A stretch of 64,000 nt of DNA from a virus. Below the pieces are notes generated by a model. It saw nothing but the letters and a program-made list of their open reading frames with translations, did not search any database and was not told the DNA's origin. Both the position numbers and the translations under genes were made by a program. This document shows, piece after piece, positions 17,371 through 27,600 of the stretch. The stretch is from IMG/VR virus record IMGVR_UViG_3300042922_000836, positions 1-64,000 of that record; one strand, written 5' to 3'. Position 1 is the first letter of the stretch. Each line of letters opens with the position of its first letter.

Positions 17371-18347
17371 TGGATATTATTTCTTATATACAAAAAATTA
17401 ACAATGATTATCTTTCTACAAGTAAAAAGGATACCGAATTATATAATCTAAAAAATCAAATTGAACATGATTTTGTAAAAACTTTGGATTATGAAGACAG
17501 CACTTTGGTAAATGGTGTTAAACAAAGCTTAACTGTATTAACTACAAAAGATAATAGTGTTAAAAAAGTAGTGGCTAAACCAAATGAAACAATTTCAATT
17601 GGTGATATTGTTGATTGTTATGGCTTTAAATGGCTTGTTACAAGCATTGATGCTAATACCCAAATACAGACCAGAGGAGAAATGACTTTATGTCCTAATC
17701 TATTAAAGTTTCAAGATAATTCAGGAAAAATTTATGAATATCCTTATTTTGTTGATACAAGTTCTGCATCAATTGATAAAAATACTTTCTTAAATACACC
17801 TGATGGTATTCGTAAAATAATTTTAAGAATAGATTCAATAACTCAGCAATTCACTAATGATAAAAGATTTTTAGGTGCTAAATTCGGTGGCATAAATCAA
17901 TGTTGGAAAATAATTGATTTAAATCCTGAATTACATAGTGGATTATTAACAGTAACAATGACAATAGATGAATTAACCGCTAATGATAATGTTGAACTTG
18001 GTATTGCCGATTACATAGAAGAAAAACCTGAACCGATATTTACAAAATGTGATATTGTTTATATTGATTTACCTGAGATTAAAAAAGGTGGTTCTGAAAA
18101 GACTTTTACTGCTAAATTTTATAATGATGATGGTACTCCCAATCCTACAATAAATGCTATATGGAATTTGGAAGTACCTATTATATTTGCAGATAAAATT
18201 GTAGTTACAGAACAAACAACAAGTTATATAAAAATAAAAGCTTTATTTGACACAAAAATGATAGGTATATTTATAAACCTTAATTTAACAGGTGAGGGTG
18301 TTACGGATAGTAAAAATTTACAAATCAAGGTGGTGTCAAATATATGA
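17370..18347 (+). CDS. head closure/neck protein with Ig-like C-terminus (putative)
   Basis: 325 aa, beta-rich, translationally coupled to neighbours. Confidence 0.5.
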   Translation: MDIISYIQKINNDYLSTSKKDTELYNLKNQIEHDFVKTLDYEDSTLVNGVKQSLTVLTTKDNSVKKVVAKPNETISIGDIVDCYGFKWLVTSIDANTQIQTRGEMTLCPNLLKFQDNSGKIYEYPYFVDTSSASIDKNTFLNTPDGIRKIILRIDSITQQFTNDKRFLGAKFGGINQCWKIIDLNPELHSGLLTVTMTIDELTANDNVELGIADYIEEKPEPIFTKCDIVYIDLPEIKKGGSEKTFTAKFYNDDGTPNPTINAIWNLEVPIIFADKIVVTEQTTSYIKIKALFDTKMIGIFINLNLTGEGVTDSKNLQIKVVSNI

Positions 18348-18811
18348 ATGTTAATGAAGTTATTAATAGCATTGCATATGATGAAAAAATAGCTAAATGT
18401 TTATTATGTGCTGATCCAAACTTTGAAAATTATGTTCTTCCTGAAAATGCTATGGATAATTTAGCATGGAATTATATATTTCCATATTCTCATATTCCTA
18501 AAACAACTGATATTGCAAAGTGCTTTATCACTATGGATTTTGAATATGCAAATATTAACAATACCGACAAATTTATAGTTGGACAAGTTGTATTTTATGC
18601 CTTTTGTCATGAGAGCATGATAAGAACCGATTATGATGATTTGCGATATAATTATCTTTTTGAACGGATTAAAGAAATAATAAAAACTAAAAGATTTATT
18701 AACTGTGTAGGAAAAATGAATTTCGTAACAAGAAAAGACTTTTCCATAGCAGATGCTGATAGAGAATATTTCGGTTCTGAAATTACTTATAGAAATGTGG
18801 AATTTATGTGA
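18344..18811 (+). CDS. tail terminator/completion protein (putative)
   Basis: 155 aa; synteny. Confidence 0.45.
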   Translation: MNVNEVINSIAYDEKIAKCLLCADPNFENYVLPENAMDNLAWNYIFPYSHIPKTTDIAKCFITMDFEYANINNTDKFIVGQVVFYAFCHESMIRTDYDDLRYNYLFERIKEIIKTKRFINCVGKMNFVTRKDFSIADADREYFGSEITYRNVEFM

Positions 18812-19557
18812 TACCTAAATTAGAAAATTATGATTTATTAAGTCCAGAACCAATTTATATTGATGGAATTGGATATTTTCAATCACCTACATTAAGAAAA
18901 ATTTCAAAATTGACTTTTCATAAATACAATATTTTTATCAATTTAGTTTCTATGGATAAAGATAGATGTTTAGAAATAATGGAATTGAAACAGGAATTCG
19001 ATTCTTCGCCTGAAGATGTTAAGGATAGAATTACGGTTTTTGATTTAGTTTTATCTAAAGACTATATGATTAATTTGTTTTTACAAATTTTTTCTTTTTT
19101 TATCGTAAATGAAATTCAATTCGATAAGAACAAAAAAATGTTTTATGTTATTGATGAAAACAAACAATTAATTGGTAGTATTCAAAGAGATAATTTTTCT
19201 ACTGTATGTAATTTAATATTAAAAATCAATTATATGGCAACAGGAAATATAGAGAAAAAATATAAAAATAAAAAAGCTAAAGAATTATGTGAACTTATAG
19301 ATAAAGCTAAAAAAGAACTTGGCAAAAAAGCGGAAAACAACAATGATATGGAATTATCCAATATTATTTCAAAACTATCAGTTCAGCATAATAGCTTAAA
19401 TATATATAACATTTGGGATATAACTGTTTATCAGTTATATGACCAATTTATTGCACAAAATTATAAAAATCAAAATGATATACGTTCTATGAATTTTGCT
19501 AATTGGGGTGGTGATTACAACCCCCAAGATTGGTATAAAACGTTAAAAAATTTATAA
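18808..19557 (+). CDS. tail morphogenesis protein (putative)
   Basis: 249 aa with a WDITVYQLYDQF motif, before the tail tube gene. Confidence 0.45.
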   Translation: MIPKLENYDLLSPEPIYIDGIGYFQSPTLRKISKLTFHKYNIFINLVSMDKDRCLEIMELKQEFDSSPEDVKDRITVFDLVLSKDYMINLFLQIFSFFIVNEIQFDKNKKMFYVIDENKQLIGSIQRDNFSTVCNLILKINYMATGNIEKKYKNKKAKELCELIDKAKKELGKKAENNNDMELSNIISKLSVQHNSLNIYNIWDITVYQLYDQFIAQNYKNQNDIRSMNFANWGGDYNPQDWYKTLKNL

Positions 19558-19575
19558 AAAAGAAGGAGAATTATT

Positions 19576-20310
19576 ATGACTTTTAATCCTAACATGGCAA
19601 ACAGAGAAACTGCAAATTTAGTGTTTCTTGATTACAAAACTCAAGTACCCTTTTTAAACTTAGACTTTGCAAATGTAACTACAACTGACCTTGGTGCTTC
19701 CAGAGTTTTTGCAAAAGGTGGTCAAGGAGCTCCTAATAGAATTGGTTTCGATGGTGAGAGAAATGGTACAATTAAGATTGATTCTCAAATTACACCGATG
19801 AAATTGTATTCTATAATTTCTGGCTCTCCGATTACATCTGTTGCTAAATACATAATGCGTGAAGTTTTAACTTCTGCAACAAAGGCACTTACATTAACAA
19901 AGACACCTGTCGCTAATTCGGTACATGTTTATGCAGATGGTGATGATTGTGGAACACCTGTAACAGTTACTGTGGCAGATAAAGTGGCAACTCTTGGTGG
20001 CACAGCTACTGATGGTGTTTTCATAGTTTATTATTTCGTTAGTGTTACTTCTGGAGCAAAGACAGTTAAATTTAATTCCAAGACATTCCCCAAAGCATTT
20101 TCTATCTTTGGCGAAACACCTTTCAAAACCGAAGATGATGAAATTGTTGGTGTTAAATTGGCTTATTACAAGGCTCAACCCCAGTCTACTATGTCTTTGG
20201 CACTCAGTAGCACTGGTGATCCTACGACACTTTCCGTTACATGTGACCTTTTGGCAAATGGTGATGGCGATATCTATGATATGAGTGTTATAGAAGACGA
20301 AGCAGTATAA
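19576..20310 (+). CDS. major tail (tube) protein
   Basis: 244 aa, Thr/Val-rich, strong SD, followed by a terminator. Confidence 0.7.
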   Translation: MTFNPNMANRETANLVFLDYKTQVPFLNLDFANVTTTDLGASRVFAKGGQGAPNRIGFDGERNGTIKIDSQITPMKLYSIISGSPITSVAKYIMREVLTSATKALTLTKTPVANSVHVYADGDDCGTPVTVTVADKVATLGGTATDGVFIVYYFVSVTSGAKTVKFNSKTFPKAFSIFGETPFKTEDDEIVGVKLAYYKAQPQSTMSLALSSTGDPTTLSVTCDLLANGDGDIYDMSVIEDEAV

Positions 20311-20325
20311 TTTAGAATAATGATT

Positions 20326-20372
20326 AAATGGACAGTCCAGACCACTAAGGTTTTTGGTCTGTCCATTTTTTT
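20326..20372 (+). terminator. intrinsic terminator
   Basis: AAATGGACAG...CTGTCCATTT followed by a T run. Confidence 0.65.
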
Positions 20373-20396
20373 ACAAATTTTAAGGATGTGTAAATT

Positions 20397-20924
20397 ATAA
20401 ACTCAGGTAAAATTTTTGAAACTCAATTTAAAAATTCTGTGAAAGAAGATGTGTATTACCAAAGAATTAAAGATCCCGCACAAAGTTTTAATCCAAATAA
20501 TTCTTTAAGATTTTCACTGCAAAATCCATATGACTGTTTTATGTATTCCTACCCTGCTTTGTTCACTCTTGAATTAAAGTCTACCGAGGGTACATCAATG
20601 ACATTTTATAGAGATGATTTTATTGAAGATGATAAGAAACAAACTTTTATGATTAAAAAGAACCAAATATTAGGATTAGAAGAAAGTTCTAATTTTAAGG
20701 GCATAATATCTGGTTTAGTTTTAAATTTTAGGAAAACAAATCATACATATTTTTGGGCAATTAAAGACTTTATAAAAGGTACTAAAGACCTTCCAAAAAA
20801 ATCATTTAATGAAACCGATGTTATTAACAATAACGGATATTTATTTGACCAGACATTAAAAAGAATAAATTATAAATATAACATAGAAAAATTCATTTCA
20901 GATATGAAATTAAAAGGAGAATAA
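20397..20924 (+). CDS. recU: RecU-like Holliday junction resolvase
   Basis: NSGKIFE...YDC...ELKST...NQI motifs; ATA start at 20397 restores the N-terminal GKxFE motif. Confidence 0.75.
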   Translation: MNSGKIFETQFKNSVKEDVYYQRIKDPAQSFNPNNSLRFSLQNPYDCFMYSYPALFTLELKSTEGTSMTFYRDDFIEDDKKQTFMIKKNQILGLEESSNFKGIISGLVLNFRKTNHTYFWAIKDFIKGTKDLPKKSFNETDVINNNGYLFDQTLKRINYKYNIEKFISDMKLKGE

Positions 20925-20930
20925 AATTTA

Positions 20931-21503
20931 ATGGCAAAAAAAGATGGAAAATTAGCAATAAGAGATTTAGATGAAATCATGAAAGAAACCTTAGAAAGAA
21001 ATGAAAAGCCTTTGGTTTATCATGATTTAGAAATCAAAGTTAAAACTTATTTGAATATAGGTGAATCTATTTCATTTGTAAACAGTGTACTTGCATCAGC
21101 TACAGCAAATGATGTTTATTATCCTTCACTTTTTGATCTTGCATTTAAAATAAATGTAATAACATATTTTACAAACATTACAGTTCCCACAAATCCTGAA
21201 AAATGTAATGATTTAGTAAATGGTACAAAATTATATAATGCAATTATTGAAATTGGTGATTTAAAAACATATATTGATAAATTAGAAAAATCATGCAGAG
21301 AACAGTTGGAAATCAATAAAGAAAATAAACCTAATGATATAATAAACCTCATTAAAAATGTAGTTGAAAAAAATGAGGAACGAATGGAAGGTATCGATAT
21401 AAAAGAAACTGTTGATATTCTTAAACCAGTTGCAAATGCTGATACTAAACAAATAGCAGAGGCAATAATTGAGTTACATAATAAGAATACCGACAAAAAA
21501 TAA
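20931..21503 (+). CDS. hypothetical protein
   Basis: 190 aa, AAAGGAG SD. Confidence 0.65.
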   Translation: MAKKDGKLAIRDLDEIMKETLERNEKPLVYHDLEIKVKTYLNIGESISFVNSVLASATANDVYYPSLFDLAFKINVITYFTNITVPTNPEKCNDLVNGTKLYNAIIEIGDLKTYIDKLEKSCREQLEINKENKPNDIINLIKNVVEKNEERMEGIDIKETVDILKPVANADTKQIAEAIIELHNKNTDKK

Positions 21504-21536
21504 TTAAAAAATTTAAAGGAAAATGAGGTAGTTAAA

Positions 21537-22157
21537 ATGGACAATAATATAAAAATCACAATGCCTAAAGAAATAGAAAATTTGCAACTTCCCTCACCTG
21601 AACTTATTACTTATTATAAAAATTTTAATGATAGAATTTTATGGTTAGATTTTGAAGTTAATGATTGTTACTTAGAGTTTATACGAAATATTTTAGCATG
21701 GAATAAGGAAGACTTCGGTAAATTAAATGAGGATCGTAAACCAATAAAACTTATGATTTATTCTTATGGTGGGGATTTAGATATTAATAATTCACTTATA
21801 GATATAATCAAATTAAGCAAGACACCTGTCTATGGATATAATATGGGTGTATGTGCAAGTGCTGGATGTTTCATTTTTCTTTCATGCCATAAAAAATACA
21901 CTTTACCAAATTCATATTTTTTACTTCATAAGGGTAGTGCTGAAAACATATCAGGAACAGCAGATCAAGTTGTTGATACTATAAATGAATATCAAAGAAA
22001 AATTCAGACTTTAGCTGAATATATATTTGAAAATACAAAAATATCGAAAAAAGAACTTGCAAAGAATATTTGTACAGAATGGTATGTTTCAGCAAAAGAA
22101 GCGGTTGAAAAGTATGGTATTGCAGATGCGATTATAACAGATATCGATGAAGTGTAG
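21537..22157 (+). CDS. clpP: ClpP-like serine protease
   Basis: SYGGD, CASAG (catalytic Ser), LLHKG (His), AxEAVxYGIAD. Confidence 0.85.
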   Translation: MDNNIKITMPKEIENLQLPSPELITYYKNFNDRILWLDFEVNDCYLEFIRNILAWNKEDFGKLNEDRKPIKLMIYSYGGDLDINNSLIDIIKLSKTPVYGYNMGVCASAGCFIFLSCHKKYTLPNSYFLLHKGSAENISGTADQVVDTINEYQRKIQTLAEYIFENTKISKKELAKNICTEWYVSAKEAVEKYGIADAIITDIDEV

Positions 22158-22165
22158 GTAAAAAT

Positions 22166-23596
22166 ATGGGGAAAACAAAAAATAAAATACGTGTTTCCTT
22201 TATCGGTGGTAATTCTGAAAGTGTAACAGGTTCTATGACTTTAATAGAATTTCAAAATTATAAAATTTTATTAGAGTGTGGTTTATGGCAATCCTCTGAC
22301 TCAGCAATAGAAAATTATAAAATAAACAATAGAAGATTACCTGTTAAACCGAAACAAATCGATTATATTTTTATTAATCATTGTCATGCAGATCATAGCT
22401 TATTACTTCCAAGGCTATACGCAGAGGGATTTCGTGGACAAGTTATAGTTCCGAAAGGATTAACAAAATTATTTGCACTAATGTCTAAGGATAGTGCCTA
22501 CATTATGTCTAAAGATGCTGAATTAATACAAAGACAAAATGGCATAAAAGTCAAACCGATTTATACCGAGGATGATGCTCATAATTGTTTAGATTTGTTT
22601 TGTGAATATGATTTTAATCAAAAAATTGAGCTGGATGAAAATATAAGTTTTCAATTCACTTATAGTGGACATATTATCTGTTCTGCTCAATTAGAGTTAT
22701 GGCTTAAAAATGGAAACATTATAAAAAAAATTCTATATACATCCGATTTAGGGAATACCTCATGCAGTAATTATTACATTAAAGCTTTTCAACCCGCCCA
22801 AAAAGCTAATTTAGCAATTTGTGAATCTACATATTCAGATATAAAACGTGCTACTTCTCAAAAAGATAGAATTAAAGATTTAGAAAAAATTAAGTCTATA
22901 ATTGATAATGCGTGTTTAGAAAATAAAAGTAAAGTTTTAATTCCTATTTTTAGTCTTGCACGTTGTCAAGAGATTATGACACATATATATTTGATGTATC
23001 ATGAAGATAAAAATTTTAACTTACCAATACTCGTTGATAGTCCTTTGGCTATTAAAATGTGTAAAGTATATAGTGAAATTTTAGAAGATGACCAACTCAA
23101 ACTTTGGGATGAAGTAATGAGTTGGCAAAATTTTAGATTTATAAATGAGTATGCTGAAAGCAAAGAATGGATGAACAATAGTGAAAAGTCTTGTTGTGTT
23201 TTATCAGCATCTGGCTTTATGCAAGCTGGTCGTAGTCGGCAATGGGCAAAGTCTTTATTACCTAATGGGAATAGTCATATTTTATTTGTAGGTTTTGCAT
23301 CTGAAAATAGTTTAGCTGGGAAAATTAAAAATTATAATTCAAAAACTATAAAAATTGATGGCAAAGCTTATTCAAATAAATGTAATGTTACGGATTTAAA
23401 ATCCTTTTCAAGTCATATGCAAAGAAATAATCTTCTTGATTATTACTCTGATTTAATTGTTGAAAAAGTTGCTTTAGTTCATGGAGAATTCAAAGCAAAA
23501 TGTAATTTCGCTAAAGAATTACAAATTAAAATGAGTGATAAAAATAAAACAGGAAGAGTAGTATGTGTAAATAAAACTACTGAAATTTTATTATAA
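22166..23596 (+). CDS. metallo-beta-lactamase/beta-CASP ribonuclease
   Basis: Motifs HCHADH, SGHI, TSDLG, ESTY, SSH, VHGE. Confidence 0.88.
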   Translation: MGKTKNKIRVSFIGGNSESVTGSMTLIEFQNYKILLECGLWQSSDSAIENYKINNRRLPVKPKQIDYIFINHCHADHSLLLPRLYAEGFRGQVIVPKGLTKLFALMSKDSAYIMSKDAELIQRQNGIKVKPIYTEDDAHNCLDLFCEYDFNQKIELDENISFQFTYSGHIICSAQLELWLKNGNIIKKILYTSDLGNTSCSNYYIKAFQPAQKANLAICESTYSDIKRATSQKDRIKDLEKIKSIIDNACLENKSKVLIPIFSLARCQEIMTHIYLMYHEDKNFNLPILVDSPLAIKMCKVYSEILEDDQLKLWDEVMSWQNFRFINEYAESKEWMNNSEKSCCVLSASGFMQAGRSRQWAKSLLPNGNSHILFVGFASENSLAGKIKNYNSKTIKIDGKAYSNKCNVTDLKSFSSHMQRNNLLDYYSDLIVEKVALVHGEFKAKCNFAKELQIKMSDKNKTGRVVCVNKTTEILL

Positions 23597-23610
23597 AGTG
23601 AGGTGGATTC

Positions 23611-24042
23611 ATGGAAGATAAAGATAAAGAATTATATGATGAAAAACTCAGAAGTGTAAATAAGGCACTTGATGATCATGAAAATAGATTAACAACAACA
23701 GAAGATAAATGTCAAAATATGGATAAAACTATTGGAATCATATTAGAAAAAATAAATTCTGCTTTTGAAAAATTAAGTGAATTACCATCTGTATTGAAAG
23801 ATATAAATTTAAACATGTCAAATATGGGTAAAAACATGTCAAATATGGAAAAGATACTTCAAAGCAATACTTTTGAAATTAATACTTTGAAACAAACCGT
23901 TGAAAATCAGGGTAAATCAATCAAAGATATTGATAATAAAAGTAAATTAGATTTCTTAGAATGGTTAAAACAAAATTGGTTAGGTGCTGCAACTGCTGTA
24001 GTTTTAGTCATTTATATAGGAAAAGATACGATTTTTAAATAA
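23611..24042 (+). CDS. coiled-coil protein with C-terminal TM helix (XhlA-like)
   Basis: Coiled coil followed by WLGAATAVVLVIYIG. Confidence 0.5.
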   Translation: MEDKDKELYDEKLRSVNKALDDHENRLTTTEDKCQNMDKTIGIILEKINSAFEKLSELPSVLKDINLNMSNMGKNMSNMEKILQSNTFEINTLKQTVENQGKSIKDIDNKSKLDFLEWLKQNWLGAATAVVLVIYIGKDTIFK

Positions 24043-24056
24043 ATTGGGGTGATTTA

Positions 24057-24569
24057 ATGACAATAGACATTAAGGATATAGTTTCACCGACAGGCAAAAC
24101 ATATGTAGAAGAACTCATATCTTCAGCAGAATATTTGAAAAAATGTTTACAAGATGAACTTGATATATGGTATGCAAGTCATACACCGTCAAACTATTAC
24201 AAAAGAAGAAAAACAAATAGTTTGAGAACTTCAATAGTTGATAATATTTCTAATATTAATGTGGATGTTTTAAATTTATCTATTAATATAGAATTTGATG
24301 AAATGAGTATTTATCATAAATCTTGGTTCAGGAATGGATATGTAAATGTTTTATGGTTAATGAATTACGGTTATAGTGTTAAAAAAGATGTGTGGTTTAA
24401 AAACTATAAATATTTTGGATATCGTGATGGTGGAGAATTTATTGAAAAAGCAATTGCAAAATTTAATGCAACAAATACTCTTGGGTTTGTAGTTACACCT
24501 ATGTTTAACGGAAAACCAATGGATAGAAATGTTTATAATAGAACTAATGATATGTATATGCCAAGTTAA
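24057..24569 (+). CDS. hypothetical tail-associated protein
   Basis: 170 aa immediately before the tape measure gene. Confidence 0.55.
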   Translation: MTIDIKDIVSPTGKTYVEELISSAEYLKKCLQDELDIWYASHTPSNYYKRRKTNSLRTSIVDNISNINVDVLNLSINIEFDEMSIYHKSWFRNGYVNVLWLMNYGYSVKKDVWFKNYKYFGYRDGGEFIEKAIAKFNATNTLGFVVTPMFNGKPMDRNVYNRTNDMYMPS

Positions 24570-24596
24570 CAATTTAACTTGGCATATTATTTTTTA
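24558..24596 (+). terminator. hairpin/attenuator before the tape measure gene
   Basis: ATGCCAAGTTAA-CAAT-TTAACTTGGCAT followed by a T-rich stretch. Confidence 0.5.
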
Positions 24597-24616
24597 ATGA
24601 AGGGGGGCAAAATTTA

Positions 24617-27600
24617 TTGGCAACTAATATTACAATTGGTATAGATATACCAGCAAGTCAACTTCAATGGGAACATGACATTGAAAAAATAATAAATAAT
24701 TTAAAAACAAAAAACATACCACAAATTACTGTATCTATTGATGAAAAAGCTACAACCACTGTATTTCAGAGCCAACTTAATCAAATATTAAAAAACTTAA
24801 ATTTAAAAGGTACAAGCGGTAAAAAAGGTAGTATCGGAATATTCGATACAACAGACCTTAAAGCACAAGGAATAAAATATTATGATACTACTGTCGATAT
24901 TATAGAAAAGATTAAAAATGAATATAAAACATCAAATGGTCATACCAATTCTGTCAATGTAACTAATATACATAAAAACGAATTAAAAGAAATTGAAAAT
25001 CTTTCTGTAGCAGTAACTAAATATACAGGTGAAATAGAAAAGCTTAATTTTGTACGAGCAAAAATTAATAATCAGGGTGCGATTTCTGATGGTTTCGTTT
25101 TTCAAAGTTCTACTGGAGCAGATAAATTAATTGGTTCTGATTTAGAGAAAAAATTCGCAACATTACAAAAATATAGCGATCAAGTATTAAGAATAAAACA
25201 AAGATTTACATCATCCAGTAATGCTATAACTGATCCCAAACATCTCACATTGTTAAATAAAGAATATTCAAAAATATTTAATGAGATAAATAGTATCAGA
25301 AGTTCTTCAGATGCAATGTCTAAAGGTCAATCAACTAATCTTAATAAAATGATAGAAAAAGTTACAAGACTTGGTGGTGCATATAGAACTCTTGAACAAA
25401 CCAAAGTTAAGACAGAAAAGAGTACATCACAATCTTTAGATTTTACAAAGTTGAAGAATAATAGTATTGAAAAATTAGAAAAGTTCTGGGCAAATAATAC
25501 AAAAGCATTAAAATTATATAAAAATGAATATGATAGTGTTTCAAATGCCTATAGAAATGCCACCATTCCTGATGATGTTACAAAAGCTGATATCGCCTTT
25601 CAAAATTTAAGAAAGAGCATAAGAGATACTGGCTCTACAGGTATGTCAACTGTTCAAAAAATAAGCGGATTATTTGAAAGATTCACACAATGGTATAGTA
25701 TTTCAAGACTTATTATAATGGCAACCAACACATTTAAACAAATGTATGATACTGTTGTTGAATTGGATGCAAGTTTTGTTGAACTTCAAAAAGTTACAGA
25801 TTTATCTGGTAATTCTTTAAAGACATTTACAAACAATGCTTTTGATATGGGTGAAGCTATTGGAAGAACTGCTAAAGATGTTATTGATGCAACTACAATT
25901 TTTAAGAGAGCTGGTTATGAGTTACAGAACAGTTTTGAATTAGCTAAATCTGCCTTGATAATGACAAACGTTGGAGATGGAATTAATGATGTTAAAGACG
26001 CTTCTTCTGCTTTAATTGCTGTACTTAAAGGCTTTAATATGAAAGATACTCAAGCTATGGGTGTTTTGGATGCAATCAATGAAGTATCTAATACATCTGC
26101 CATTGATTTTGCAAGTATTACAGAGGGTTTAAGAAGGGTATCTGGTACTTTATCTCAAACAGGTGCAAGTTTAGAAGAAACTATCGGTTTACTTACAGGT
26201 GGTTTCGGAAGTTTAAGAGATATTGAAACAGTATCTGCTGGACTTATAATGATTTCTCAAAGACTTCGTGGTATTGGTGAAGATGGCGAAGTCATTGATG
26301 GACTTGCTCCGAAACTTCAAAAAGCATTTAAAAATATTGCTAAAATTGACATTCAAGATAAAAGTGGTAATCTACGTAATACATTTGATATATTAACTGA
26401 TATGTCAAAAATAATGCCTACACTTTCTGATGAAAATCAACAATATTTAGGTGAATTAGCGGGTGGCAATCGACAAGTTAAAGTATTAAATGCTATTTTA
26501 AATGGTTGGCAAGATGTTGAAAAAGCTGTTAATAGTGCAACAAATAGCCAAGGTTCTGCATTAAAAGAAAATGAGAAATTTTTAAATAGTATTCAAGGAA
26601 AGTTAAATCTTTTAACATCAGAATTTCAAAAAATGGCTACAAAAACTGTTGATAGTGGTCTTGTAAAATTTATTATTGATTTTGGTACAAGTATTTTAAA
26701 ACTTATTAATTCGTCTGGTAGTTTAATTCCTGTTTTAACATTAGTAGGTACTTTAATAGCTGGGTTTAAATTAAAGGGTTTATCTGATTTATTTCAACCA
26801 TTTATAAGCAAATTACAACAAACATCTATGTATTTAAATACATTCGGAGATTCAGCTAAAAGTGCATCTATATCAGCAGGTCTTTTAACTTCAGCTTTAT
26901 CATTCGGTGCTGTTCTTGTTGTACAAGCTTTAATAGGTGTTATTGGTCATTTAATAGAAGAACAAAAAAGATCTATTGAAATAGCAAATGAATTAGCAAA
27001 TACATATAAATCAACAGTAAAAGAAATTAATTCTGTAATATCTACATTAAAAAACTTAGATGAAGAATTTAAAACATTATCAAAAGGTGTAGATCAATAT
27101 GGAAATAATGTTTCTTTATCGGCTGATGAATATCTTCGATATAAAGAAATTCTACAAGAAATATTAACGATTTCTCCTGAATTAATCGAGGGTTATGATA
27201 TCGAGGGAAAAGCATTTGCTGATAAAAATAAGCTTATTCAAGCAAGTATTGACTTACAAAAAGAAAAATTAAGACAAGATCGTGAAGAAATAACTTCTAC
27301 TGAAAAATTGTGGAAATTAACAAAAGGTTATAATGCAGAATATACAAAAATAAATAGAGAACTTTTTGATAAAAACGGTAAAGATTTTTATAATATACTT
27401 CAAAATCTTATTCCCAAAAGACTTTCGCAAGAAACTAAATTCTTTGCTGATTTAGCTGAACAAATTTCAGGTAAAGATATTAATACCAGTAGTGGTACTT
27501 ATTGGTCATTCGGTACAATTTTATTAGATAATCTTACAACAACATATCAGGAAATGGCAAAAAGAACCGATTTGTTTACAGAAGAAGATTTAAATAAATT

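Noticed and set aside
20931-24617. Tail assembly chaperone programmed frameshift
   Set aside because: No convincing slippery site linking two overlapping ORFs was found before the tape measure gene.
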